NCBI RefSeq assembly: GCF_009914755.1
Contig: NC_060928.1
Strand: one strand, 5' to 3'
DNA: 64,000 bases
Source: the human T2T-CHM13v2.0 reference genome, Homo sapiens
In this document: positions 14,744-27,818 of the stretch, one piece after another
Numbering within the stretch: position 1 is the stretch's first letter
How the letters are laid out: the number at the start of each line of letters is the position of its first letter
Notes under the pieces: model-generated
The model's database searches: none
Seen by the model: only the letters and a program-made list of their open reading frames with translations
What the model was told of the DNA's origin: nothing
Made by a program: the position numbers and the translations under genes

Positions 14744-14893
14744 CAGTGGATATCAGTGTGGCTTCACACTGAAATCATCTGAAGACCTTTATAAACTAAT
14801 GATGCCTAGATTTTACATCATGAGATTTAATTGGTCTGAAGTGTGGCCTGGGCATTAGGTGATTCTAGTGTGTAGCTAAGCTTAGGAGCTGGT
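14744..14893. mobile_element. MER5-type DNA transposon fossil
   Basis: cagtgg...aatcatctg...gatttaattggtctg..gtgtggcctgggcatt..ggtgattcta.tgtg. Confidence 0.7.
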
Positions 14894-15287
14894 GTGGATA
14901 AAGTCATAAGTGTATATACATAAAAACATACTTGATATTGCTAGAACTTCCAGTGAATAGTAGGAGGTGATTCCAATTGATTGTTATTGTACAGGCTTGG
15001 TGATTTCTTTGGAAACATCAATTTCCCAGAGTGAGAAAGCTTCCCAAACTAGTCCCCGATATCACCTCCTGACCGTTTCTTCCTGGCAAAAACTTGTTTG
15101 ATTCAATGCCATTGCTCTTTACTAGTTATGTCCCAGCTTATGTTTCAGCTGCTGGTAAAACAGAGCCAAAAGAAAATAGAGAATTTCTGATCACCACCAT
15201 TAAAACCCATGAAGGCCACGTAGGTGAAAATCAGCATAGAATCATATTTCATGGTTGAGAGGGACCTTAAAAATGTATAATTCAATA

Positions 15288-15750
15288 TTCATTTATTCAT
15301 TCATTCAAGTAATATTTACTACACATCTATTCTGTGTTTGTTATCATGCTAGACATTGGGTGTATGATGGTGAAAAAGATAAGATCTTTCAGTTTGAGTG
15401 GAAATGGGAAGTGAGCAGTAATACTGACCAAAAATATTTAGAACAGCAATAATTATAATGAGGATAAATATGATGCGCTATTGGAACACCTAGAAGGAAA
15501 TCTGGTTTTGAGAAATTAAGAAAGGCTTTTTGGAGAAAGTGATATAGGATTTTAGACTATAAGATGAGTAAGAGATATCCAAGTAGAATTTTTAATAGGA
15601 GAAAGAAAAAGCACCCCGTGTTAGGCAAAAATAAGCAATCTTGTAAATCATAGACTTGTAACTTATATTAAGGCAGTTAGGCTTTATCTTAAAGGGCAGA
15701 GACAATCAGATTTGCCTTGGAGCCACAATGTAGAAGATCAAAGAGAGAGG
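15288..15750 (-). mobile_element. L2 LINE 3' fragment
   Basis: ttcatttattcattcattcaa..aatattta terminus followed by a purine-rich L2 body. Confidence 0.65.
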
Positions 15751-17803
15751 GCCAAGGCTCTTTCAATATTTCCTATACACAGGGATACCTAAACAGACAT
15801 GCACACATGAACTTCAAATTATTTACTTAGTGTCTAATTAGGCTTACACTTGTTTCCAAGTTTTTACTGTTCAATAGTCTAAAAATTTATAAGTCAAATA
15901 AAATTACTTTAGTGCTACTAATAATATAGAAGAGTTTCCTAGACATGTTAAGCAGAAATTTTCAAGGTCAGGCAGAAATATGACATAGAAACGTAATCAA
16001 AACTAGATTATCTAACAGAAATATCAGTTCCTTACTCTATGATCAGGAATATTTGATTATATTTGATATCTTTTCATAAGCTGCCAAATAAAGATTTTCT
16101 GTTTGCAAATCTGATAAATGGAAACAAACGTGAACATCAAGGGTTACTGTGATAGAACCAGGTATATCTTCTTAACCACCAAAATGATTTTACAGACTTA
16201 CATCTTTAACATACAGGCATTATAGATTACCTACTAAAGGATCAGTTCAAAGGTAGGTGTCTACTGTCTTCAACCACAGAAAAAAAAAATCCCCATTAAT
16301 TTTAACACCAAACATTTATAACATGATCTTTCTTTCTGAATGCTCATTTTGTAACATTTTGAGATCTGAAGAATTCAAAAATAAAATAAAAATAGTGAAA
16401 TGTAAAGGTAATGTTGCAACAGAAGAAGGACCTTAGCTAATCTGGACTGGCAGCAATCAGAACCACTGAAACTTGGCACAGCCGAGTGAGCTTGGAAAGA
16501 GGTATGAGAGAATCTGCACTTTTTCTGTATTTATGAAATATTACTACAAACAAAAATCTGAATAAAACCACAAAAGAGCTAGATATCTGCAGCTGGGAGG
16601 GTGAGGAGAGAAGATGAGTTTTTATTTTAACATATGTAATAATTATAACACAAAGCTGGGTAGGAGTTTGCAGCTGGGAAGGGTAGAGCAAAGGAAAAAT
16701 GAAATTTTATTTCAGAATAAATTTATGAAATCATACTTCAACATGGGAACTTGCAGCTGGGGGAGGGCAAAGGGACAGCAATATTTTTCAAGTAAGTCAC
16801 TTTAATAAAATACACAAGCCCTCACTTTGACACAGCATTGGAAGGGACATTCTTGAACAAGTATCAAAGTGGAATCAGGCATTTTATTACGCAAAAAGCA
16901 ATTTTAGGCTCTTTGGCTAACAGAGACTTTTCTTTAAATGAGTACTTGCTAACCAGTTTCTAAGTCTCTGTAATTCTGTGGGAATTCTCCTCGAATTACA
17001 GAGAATAAGAATTTGGCCCCAGGTGACTGTGCCTCAATTCCTCAAATTTATACTTCAAAAGAATTTATTTTCCTCTAGGGATCCCAAAGCATTTTTCCAT
17101 CTGTGAAGTTTACCATCACTTCATAGCCTTATATTAGCTGTTTTTTACACTTAAAAAAATTGTGGGTTTTTTCCTTTCACGTAAATGAGTGATTTGATTT
17201 GCCTATCAGTAGGCTGCCCTCCCCCAAAGTAGGAAACAAGTAATAATACAATATTTATACTCATAGTATGTGATTTTATTTAAATTACAAGCATGATTCT
17301 TGGTTGAAGCCTCATCAACTTAAAACTATAAAGTGTCCAGTGATTCCCCTTTAAAGTATGGCTTTAACCCCTTATTAGGACAGCTAAGTATGAAGTCATT
17401 AGGTAATAAAATAGATAATAATTCTATTCCTATTTTCTAAGTTGAAATAATCTACTAAGTGTACATTGCTGTTTTCATGTGATGTTTCACTGTTATCAAT
17501 TTAAGCCAAATCCAATATTTAAATAATCCTTCTAAGAGAGGACAGGGACATATATTCTGTTTTCTGTATTCCTACTTCTAGACAATACTTGTTGCATAAA
17601 AGATTCACAATAAAGATTAGGAGAATAAGTATGTGGTCCAACTTTAGTAAGACGTGTCAAGTCTCAGAAACTGGAACACCAAACTAAAAAAAAGGGATCG
17701 AGTTGCCTTCCTTTTACTTCTGTAACGTCCTGAAACTCCTGAAAATTTTTATTTACTTTTCTACTAACTATTGGAAAGGAAAGAATAATAATTTGCCTAA
17801 GGA

Positions 17804-19023
17804 AATTGTTCTCAAGCTATTGATCTAAGGACACTGTCAGTCTTAAAAAGTACTGAGGTCCCCAAAGTGCTTTTGTTTATATTTGTTGTATCTATCAATA
17901 GTTACCATATTAGAAAATAAAAAAAATTATTAATTCATTAAAAACCCATAGATATTAATATAAATAATATATTTTAATTAAAAACAATTTTCAAGAATGA
18001 AAGTAGAGCGAAGCATGATGGCATTGTTTTACATTTTAAGAAATCTCTTTAATGTCTCACTTAATAGAAGGCAGCTGGATACTCTTATCTGCTTCTGCAT
18101 CCAGTCTCTTGCAATCTGAATTTTTTTGGTGGATGTTTTGATCTGGCTTCACACAGATATGTAGTTTGAAAGGGGAGGAGTATTTTAATAGCTTTTTCAT
18201 ATAATTATGAATAGTCTTCTTTGATAACTACAACAAAACTTGACAGATGGTAGTTTCTTAAAATTTAGTTGCAATATGGAATCTGAAACCATATTGATGA
18301 ACATCATATAATCTGTGACAATCAAACTCTTTGGGTCTACTTTACACTGTGATTTTGTAATATCATTCATTGTTCATTTAGAAAATGTGGGTTCATAGAA
18401 TTCTGCGGACCTAGAAAGCTCAAAGCTTATCATGGCAACAAATATTATGAGTTGATTTTCCTAAAGTGGAAGATTCACTTTGTTCATTTCTGAAAATATA
18501 CTTGCTAAATAATTCAGTATAATTAACCATATCTTGTTTGTCAGTCATTCTTTTTAGGTGAAAAATTGCTATCAGTCCAGCTTGCAGCTGAAGTATTGCA
18601 CAATTATATTTTGGTATGCAGCAAAAGCAAAAGTGTTTTACACATACTCTGCATTCATCATACAAAATAACTAAAATACGTGTATTCGAGAGTCAACATG
18701 TAATAAAATAACATTTGCTGCTTCATCATGGACATTCCTAAGGGAAATTAGCATATATCTTTGTCTGAGTGTGTGTGTGTGTGTGTGTGTGGGTGTGTAT
18801 AATTTTATTTTGAGTGTGTTGATAAAAAACACAACATACAGTTTGTTGTCACTAGTTTGATTTCTGCTAAGGTATCAACAATTTTACCCAAAGTGTTTTG
18901 CACCATCAATACAAATGTCAATACAGTGAGAAAAAGCAAATAGCACCTTAGTATTATTAATGAAAAGAGTTTTGAACTTTTAGACTTCTCAAAAGAGTCC
19001 TGGCCAAACTTGAAGAATCACTG
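17804..19023. mobile_element. Charlie1a-like hAT DNA transposon (non-autonomous) with an internal (GT)n at ~18768-18798
   Basis: tcttaaaaa..a.tgagg.ccccaaag.gcttttgtttat...aaatctctttaatgtct..cttaatagaag.cagctggat match recalled Charlie1. The end is TIR-like (gaatcactg). Confidence 0.8.
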
Positions 19024-20009
19024 GCATAGGACAATTTTTTATCTTAATATATTAGTAAAAGTAAATTTCTATTTTGCTCCTAAAGAGTAGCAGCACCTCC
19101 TCCATTACCTTTATAACAGGAAGTCACTAACTAGATATAGCTTGCCATTTAAATAACAAAAATCATTTTAATCACACCCTCCATGTGTTACAAGCAAATT
19201 TATCCAAAGCTAAAGTGCTGAGAGATCTCATATCCCATGTACATAATATTGCTGAAGGAAAAGTTTAAACACAGATTTTAAAGAAATTAAACCTGTTTTA
19301 TGACAGCTTAAGACCCATCACTTACTTTATAAGTAAGAAGGCTAAGAAGCAAATAGATTAAAGAACATTCACAGTAGAACAATTCAGCAACAGTTTTTTG
19401 TAAGTATGATTAAAATAAATTTCATCAGTATTTATTTGTGTTGAGACTTTATGATTCTTTATTCTCCTCATTCATTAAAAGCAATTTCATCTCTCTCCAA
19501 TTTCCTAGGAAGTCACAGCAATAGGATGGAGATGTGTTTTGCAGAAGGGATGGTTTCTGGGAGCCATGAATGCTTTTCTAAAAGAAAAGTGTGTCTAAGT
19601 TAGGTAAGAAGTACTCAAAATAGGATATTTTCAAAGACGGTGAGTAACAGAAGAATATACTAGTTCATATATCAAGTTAATATTCCAGAAGGTGGGGAAG
19701 TGTGAGAATGGGAAAGGGTTTTGTCTTTGTTCTTGGAGGAAACTTGTAAAAGCTTTAACTGCATTCTCTAAGGTCCAAGTTCTACTTTTATAAAACTTTC
19801 TCTAATACTGTTTATCATGATATTGCAGCATATGCTCTCTATAAATTACTTTTAAAATAACACTTTTCAGAGGATGTACTCAGAGGTATCTGCCTCTCCC
19901 TTGACTCCTATCTGCAGGTATCTTACCTGAATGGAAGGTCCCCAAGTTAGACAAAGATTCTCAGATCTTTCTTTTATATTATCTCTTAATATATTTTATA
20001 TATTTTTCA

Positions 20010-20230
20010 ATATTTTAAGTATATTTTATAAATGCAAAATATATTTAAACATCTTTAGATTATCAACCACAAGAGTGAACCCACCATCCAACCCAAGAAC
20101 TATAACAATACCAATAATTTGCCTCTATTTAGTGTAGCTCCCCTATCCCAACTCCTTGACTCCCTCCAAAATTACCACTATCCTTCATATTATTTATCTT
20201 TTCTTTGCTTGTTTGGGTAATCTATTTAAA
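20010..20230 (-). mobile_element. Ancient L1 (L1ME-like) 3' fragment, left part of the element split by the L1MA
   Basis: The aacccaccatccaacccaagaac...taccactatcc pattern of reverse L1M 3'UTRs. Confidence 0.5.
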
Positions 20231-20242
20231 AAATAGATGATA

Positions 20243-21888
20243 TACAGAAATAAAGGAAACGATCCTAAAACTTGTATAGAACCACAAAGGATCCTGAATA
20301 GACAAAGCACTCTTGAGCAAAAAGAACAAAGTTGTAGGCATCATACTATTAATACCTGACTTCAAAATACATTACAAAGTTATAGTAAACAAAATAGCAT
20401 AGTGCTGGCATAAAAACAGACACATAAACCAATGGAACAAAATAGAGAACCCAGAAATAAATCTACACATTTACAACCACTTAATTTTCAGTAAATGTAC
20501 CAAGAACATACATTAGGGAAAGGACAGTCTCTTTAATAAATGGTGCTGGGAAAACTGGATATACACGTGTAAAAGAATGAAATTAGACTATCTCTCACAT
20601 ACATAAAAATCAACTTAGAATGGATTAACTACTTAATTCAGTTACACCTGAAATTATAAAACCACCAGGAAAAAATGCAGGAGAAATGCTTTATGACATT
20701 GGCCTGGGCAATAAATTTTTAGATAGGGCCTCAAAAGCACAGGCAACAAAAGCAAAAATAGACACATGGGATTGCATCAAACTAAAAAGCTTCAACACAG
20801 AAAAAGAAACAATGGGGAGAGCAGAGAGGAAATCTACAAAATGGGATAAAATATGTGCAAACTATGCATCTGACAGGGGGTTGATATTTAGACTATATAA
20901 GGAACTCAAACCACTCCCTAGCAAAAAACAAATAATCTCATTTAAAAATGGGCAAAAGACTTTAATAGACATTTTTCAAAAGAAGAGATATTATATGACA
21001 AAATGCTAAACATCAGTAATCATCAGAGAAATGCAGAGAATGGCTACTATCAAAAAGACAAAATAACAAATACCGGCAAGGATGTGGAGAAAGTGGAACT
21101 CATACACTGTTTGTGGGAATGAAAATTAATGCAGCCATTATAACAAACAGTATGGAGTTCCCTCAGAAAATTAGCAATAGAACTATGACATGATACAGCA
21201 ATTCCATTTCTGAGTACATATCCAAAAGAACTGAAATCCACATGTCAAAGAGATACCTGCACTCTCATGTTTATTGTAGCATGATTTACAATAGTCAAGA
21301 GATGGAATCAACCTAAAAGTCCATCAACAGATGAATGAATAAAGAAAATGTGGCATATATACACAATAGAATACTATTGAGCTATATAAAGGAATGAAAT
21401 CCTGTCATTTGCAGCAACATAGATAAACCTGAAGGACATTATGTTAAGTATAATAAGCCATGAAAAGAAAGACAAATGCTGTATTATTTCACTCATATGT
21501 AGGATCTAAAAAAGTTGATCTCATAGAATTATAGACTACAGTAGTGTTTACCAGAGACTAAGAAAGGAGGGGAGCAGGGAGAGGGATGGGGAGGGGCTGG
21601 TCATGGGGTACAAAGTTACAGTTAGATAGGAAGAATATGTTATGGTGTTCTATTACATAGAAAATCAACTATAGCTAATAACAATGCATAGTATATTTCA
21701 GGATAGCTAGAAAAGAAGATTTAAAAGTTATCCCCACAAATAAATGATAAAAGTTTGAGGTGATGGATATGCTAAATGCCCTGATTTGATCATTTTACGA
21801 TGTTCACATGTATTGAAACATCACACTGTACCTCATAAACATGTACAATTATGTCTCAATTAGTCAATTATAAACAAAATTAAAAATA
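20243..21888 (+). mobile_element. 5'-truncated L1MA LINE (ORF2 C-terminal region and 3'UTR)
   Basis: ORF 20686-21009 (DIGLGNKFL..KAQATKAKIDTWDCIKLKSF) is a decayed L1 ORF2p. The L1MA-type 3'UTR reads gaggtgatggatatgctaa...ccctgatttgatcatt. Confidence 0.93.
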
Positions 21889-21893
21889 GGTTC

Positions 21894-21894
21894 T

Positions 21895-21925
<31 letters not shown>
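21894..21925. repeat. Interrupted (CA)n microsatellite
   Basis: Directly visible. Confidence 0.9.
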
Positions 21926-21929
21926 GTCT

Positions 21930-22830
21930 TCTATCAGTAGCCATTGTATTTCAAATCTTCATTCATGTTTATTCCTAACTGTAGATTATTTACTTATTCA
22001 CCAATGTTAACTCCCTGGTGTTAATCTACCCTAATTTATATATACATTATCTTGATCATGAACATTTGGGTTGTTTCTTGTCTTTTGACATGACAAGCAG
22101 TGGTTCTATGGTCCATTTTAAACATATCTTCTCGTGCATGTGCTGAAACATTTCTGTGGGTTATATTCTTAGAAGTAGAATTTCAAGATCATAATGTATA
22201 TGAATATCCAGAATTATAAGATATTGCCAAGTGATTGCCGTAATTACACCCCCATGAACCATAATGTTAAAGTTTCACATAGGTACCTATACACTTGGTA
22301 TTGTTAATATTCTAAAGTTTTGATAATCTAATGTCATGAAAGGGAAGATCAGTATCTTAAATTGCATTCTCTTTGCTACTAATAAGATCGAGGACCTATA
22401 CAAATACTTATTAGCCATTATTTTGCTTTTCTGTCAAATGCCTCTCCATGTATTTTACCCATTTTTACTGGATTGTTTATCTCTCTTGTAACTCCTTATT
22501 GATTTATAGGATTTTGTGTATATTCTAAACAGGAATCTTTAGACATACAGGATTTGGGTTGACTACAGGCACTACATACATCTCCCAATTAGTGGCCTGT
22601 TTTCTATTTTCTTCATAGTACATTGGATAAACTAGTATTCTTACCTTTAAAACACTAATTCATTGGAAATTAATTTTTGTATGTAGTAACATAGTGTTCA
22701 AATACCACTTTTTCCCACATTGTTACCCAATGTTTTCCAGCATGACTTTTTAAATAGTTCCTTTTTCCCTCAATGATCTGTGTCTCAATCTATATCTAGG
22801 CTCTCTAATCTGTTTTGTTGGTTAATTTGT
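21930..22830 (-). mobile_element. Ancient L1 (L1ME-like) fragment
   Basis: gaacatttgggttgtttc, tttctgtgggttatattc.tagaagtagaatt and cagcatga.tttttaaatagt motifs of reverse L1M. Confidence 0.7.
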
Positions 22831-23734
22831 GAATACCACAGTGTCAGTTAAATAACTGTCCTTTTCATCTCTCTTAATACATGAATACTAATTTCTGTTA
22901 ATGGGGTCACAGAATGACCTGAAATTTAGGCAAAAGCAGATGCCTTTGTTTGCTAAAACAAAATACAATTTCCCTCAAATGTCTATGTACCACTCTGATA
23001 GATAAAGAATATTGGTAATAGGAGTGAAAATTCAAAGAGAAAATTTCAATACTTATGATAAAAATTGGAACATATGATAAATGGTGTGGTAACATTGTCA
23101 TAACGCCTCTTGTGTGATATAATTTTTCTTAACCTTAAGCAACAAATAAGGCCTGCTCTTCCAAAGAGTCAAATTAGAGCAAAGTTATTTGAAAGTCTGA
23201 GTCTGGGGGGCTAAGTCGCCATCTTACCTGAACAGCATTAGAGAACATCGTGGAAAATCTAAAAAGTCATTCTCCTTGTTTGCTTAGCATGCACTGTTTG
23301 CTGTATGTGTACCATAACATAGAAGAAAACTTTTAAAAAATTAGAGACATGAAGAAAACACAGTTAACGTGTGGAAAATAAAAGTTTTCTATTGTTATAG
23401 AGCAAGTTTAACAAATGCTACTTGGTAATTTTCCCTGCCCTGGCCGTGACAGATTTGATTATTTAATTTGTTTCTAGAATACCAATTCTTTTTAATGTTC
23501 TAAATGTAGACAGAGAAAAGCAAACCCTAGACTACAAAATAAAGATATTTCTCATGTTTGCATAAATCTATTTTCTTAGAAAGCTCTGCTCTGTCCTTAT
23601 ATATCCTATTCAGCCTAATTTAAATTCCTAAATTATTTTTTGGTGAGCAACTTTTATTCTAGTTTTTAATTTGTTTTTACTGTTTTTAGCTATTTTTCTG
23701 TAAGGTACTATCATACTTTTACAAAGATGCTTTT

Positions 23735-24110
23735 TGGATCTAAGGATGTGTTTTGAAGATAGAGCTAAGGGGCTTCCTTAATGGTCTGAATATGAGTATA
23801 AGGGAAAGAGAAAAGTTATGGATGAATCCAAGGCTTTTGGTTGAGCAATTGGAAAACTAGATTTACCGTCAATTGAGATGGAGAAAACCATGGGTGCAGC
23901 AGGTTTGGGAAAGGGAAAAGATGGGATTTGGACATACTGAATATGAAATATTTAGTAGTGGAAATGTTAAGTAGGCACTTGAATATATAAATGTGTAGTT
24001 CAAGAGAGGCATTTTGCCTACAGATATAAATATGAGAGTCATTGGCATGTAGTGGTATTTAAAGCTGGAAGACCATTAAGTCACAAAAGGAGCGACTAGA
24101 GATGGTGAGG
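23735..24110 (-). mobile_element. L2 LINE fragment
   Basis: ggatgaatccaaggcttttgg.tgagcaattggaa...tgagatgg...tttggacatactga motifs. Confidence 0.75.
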
Positions 24111-27100
24111 ACGAAATGTCATACTCATACCAGTCCCCATGTTAAATAAATGAAATTAGTTTGTCATAATTCATTCTGAGTAAACCTATGTTGTTTCTTA
24201 GGTTTCTCTATTTCCCTAAGTATTTGACTTTATCCATTCTATAATGTAGTCCAGAATCAATATCAAGCTCACCATTCTGTAGAACAAAGCTTCCTCTCTG
24301 AAAATCAGAATATCTCTTCAATATATGGTTCATTTTAGATTAATGGCAAAGGTTGAAGTTATCTTAATGCAATGGGATAAAATCCCTTCTGGATAATAAT
24401 TTTTTAGTTTCCTCTTGAGCTTAGCAATTATAGCTGTTTAAAGGCAGAGCCCATTGATTTTTCAAGGCACACTTGAGTGAAGATGAGTGGGTTTTACTAA
24501 TTGAGACAATTTTAAAAATTGTGTTTTCATTAGAGAGAGAGAATCAGAGACCAAGTAACGACACAATATAAAGCTCTAAACTGTGATACAATCTACTTTC
24601 CTCATTCATTTCCACTATTATTTTTCCTATTTAGCCATGCTTATTATAAGCGGTTGTTAGAAGCAGCTGTTACTAAGATGGAAAGGAATGGAAAAGTTCT
24701 TAAATATTGCTTTCTTGAAAAAAAAAACTTCAAAACATCTGGGCTCTGCACTGAGAAATATTTTTGGTGAGACTGAAAGGATTATATAAAAGATTATGCA
24801 GAAGGAACAGCAATGACATTTCTTCTTTATTGCCTATATTTTTGAAATCTCCTTTTACTTTTACAGTTGTTTTGTCAAATGCTATGAAAAGTTTTATACA
24901 TTTGCCAGTTTTTCTCATTTTTAAATGCTTGCAGACTACTTACCTTTGGAATGTGGTTGCTCAATATTTACCAATGATTGAAAAAAACACCCATTTCAGT
25001 ACAAATTTTTAGCTTTGTTTGTTCGATTACTCTAGCATTTTTCCCACCAAGGGATGTTTCCGCCCTTCTTAGAAGTACCCAAAATTCTGAGAGGTGAAGG
25101 GAGGAAACATGAATGACAATACACAATATAAAAGAGGAAATCAAAATCAAAACGTTGGCCCAGACTCTTAGAACACACCACACACCCTCGATCTGAGCTC
25201 AGTCTGAGCCAGAGGATTATGTTATCACCTTAGCTGGAGCTGTTTTTGTTAAGTCAGTATAACTGTTGTCACTAGCAAATAGCATAGCCAAGTCATACTT
25301 CCCAATGGAGGAGAGTATGGTGTCAGAATTTTAAGAAGGTCCAAATTAGAACACCTGTGTGTCAGACCGGCCCAGCTGTACATGTGGGCTGGCCAGAGCT
25401 GCAGAACATCATCTGCTCAGCACATGAAATGCCAGTTTCTTTGCTGAAGATGGGTTTGAAGGATTAGATTCTTAAAAGAGAAAGCTCAGAACTCGGTTGT
25501 AACATCCCTAGCCTTTCTCTTATTTTAAAATAAACAATTTTAGGAAGAGGGGATTAAAGGCTCATATCTGAGAGATGACAAGTAGGGTATATTGCTAGCT
25601 CCAGAAGAATTGCCTCAGAAATTCTCCTTTAGTCAGCCGTTGGCTTTTCATTCTGGTGACGGATGAAGTATGACTATAATTCCAGGTGTTAAACATGTGC
25701 ACATTCCAAAAATGCTCTATGGGTTGCTGGGTTTGTGACAATCAGACCAAGAAGGGAATATCTCTCTTTCCTAGCCCTTCTAAAACATGGTGCAATATTT
25801 GACCCATACCTTGTCCTAATCATTGAAAATCTGGTCAAAGGAAACACAGTGGACAATACGAACTCTATTGAATAATTAGTAGTAACTGCCTATCTTTTTT
25901 CCTACTAAAACTGACATCTAAAAAAGTATAAACTAACACTCTTGCAATTTGGGGAGCTGAATTTCCTGCCAACTATCTTTAAGTCCTGGTTTTGCAATCT
26001 GCTACCTTTCAGTAACTACTAGTAGCTACCAGGTATTTAAAATGTTATTTTTTGTTGGTGGTGGTTTTTAGTTGTTTTTATTGTTTGTTTGTTTTTTGCT
26101 TTGAAGAGAGATTTACAACCTGCTCCTCTTGAATATTATGGTCATTTTGGATTTTCTCCTCAGAAACGAGAAGATAAGAACTTCAACAACGTTTCCAGAG
26201 TTTACGGGCACGGCTGTATAGAGATGTTAACCTCCTAAAACAAAACAAAATAGAACTCCAACTTGGGAAAAAACCAATCTCATTCACTTTTAGAAAAACA
26301 AAAACAAAAACAAAATTCAAGTGGTCTTCTCACTTAACGAGGCAACACTGTCCTGTATTAAAATTTTAATCAAATAATTCTGAGTTTGAAACTGAGTCAC
26401 ATGGGATCACAGATACCAAAGATTGAGCTTGCCCAAAACCTATATGGTCACTTTCCTGACATCATCCTTCCTGCTTGATTACCTCCTTCAAAGAGTTACT
26501 GAGTACTCCGCACATAACAGAAGCTCACAGGGTTTAGGGAAGGTTAAGTGAGGCAACATAAAATTCCTGGTATAAAGTAAGTGCTCCACAAATGTTAGCT
26601 GTCACTATCTTCCAGAAACAAGAATGTATTTCTCAAATATCTAGTCACATTAATGCTGTATGTAGGATATTGCTAGGAATATACTAGAGTAGTATACTGA
26701 TACCACATTTAATGTCAGACTGCATTATCCACAGATAATGACTATGATTTGGAAGTTGGTCTATTTATCCTAATGATTTTGTTCATCATTGTGTTAAAAG
26801 CAGCAGTCAGTTTTGTTCTTCCTTTCCTTTCCATGCATCTTAACTACAGAATATCACTCCCTCAATACCTTACATTAAATATCACTATAATGTTTGCTAT
26901 TGAAACTTCACTGAGTATACAATTCTTAATTCCAATAGCATGGATTTGTCATGAATTATGTGTTCAGTGCTTTGGCTTTGTTTTCCTAAGATATTTGAAA
27001 TAGTCCTTGAATATCCAGAACATCTTGGTCCCACCATTAGAGCATATTCTTTGTTAGTGTCTGACTCTCCCAGAAGTGGACATTTAAAAAAAAAATTAGT

Positions 27101-27644
27101 GGTGAGGTTGAGCTACACTATTCTTTATTGATTTCTACTAAAAAACAGGGTTATATTTTTAGGTCTTAATTTTGTAAGGTTCAGGCCATCAAATATAATT
27201 TCTTTTTTTGTGTTGAAAGCTTTTATTTTCTAACAAGAAAATTCACAGTACACACTTCAATTCAATTTGTAGTCAATCACTGTGATGGCTGTGGCAGAAG
27301 ACCTGAGTATTGGCCACTTATGCTTTTAACAATGAGAATTTTTAAAAAGACCAAAAATGTTACAATGCATTGCAGATGCTGTGTCCAGGACCCATTTGGA
27401 AATGTAACTTCAAGAGGATTTTTCTTGTTAAAAAGCCATTTCCTCCTGGAAAGTGATGGGAAGACAGCAGCAGAGCAGCAGGGCAAATAGGCAAACAAGA
27501 AATTTACAAGGATTTCCAAAGAGTACTGTGGAAGCATTATATTAATTTGAACAACTGCAAGAACATTTTTATGGGGTTAAGAAGTTTAGTCTTTCCGCTT
27601 AATTTTAATAAGACAGGTTTGCATTTTTTAAAAAATAACTTTTT

Positions 27645-27818
27645 AAAATTAAGAACAAATTTATTGTAAATTGACAATTTAGAATTGTATAAATCTATGG
27701 GTACAAGTAATATTATGATTATTAAATACGTTGTAGAATAATTAAATCAAGCCATGCACAGAAAGACAAATAATGCATGTTTTCACTTACATGTGGAATC
27801 TAAAACAATTGAACTCAT
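27645..27818 (-). mobile_element. Short L1MA insertion with an inverted 5' segment
   Basis: 27645-27752 is a reverse L1MA 3' terminus and 27749-27818 is forward L1MA sequence. It is flanked by degenerate direct repeats catttt..aaaaataa.tttt. Confidence 0.75.

Noticed and set aside
16588-16790. Repeat-spacer pattern superficially like a CRISPR array
   Set aside because: The repeat is only ~10 bp, the spacers resemble each other, the context is mammalian and there are no cas genes. It was kept only as a degenerate tandem repeat.
20686-21009. 107-aa ORF resembling a reverse-transcriptase-element protein
   Set aside because: It is a decayed fragment of L1 ORF2p in a 5'-truncated L1MA, with stops and frameshifts on both sides.
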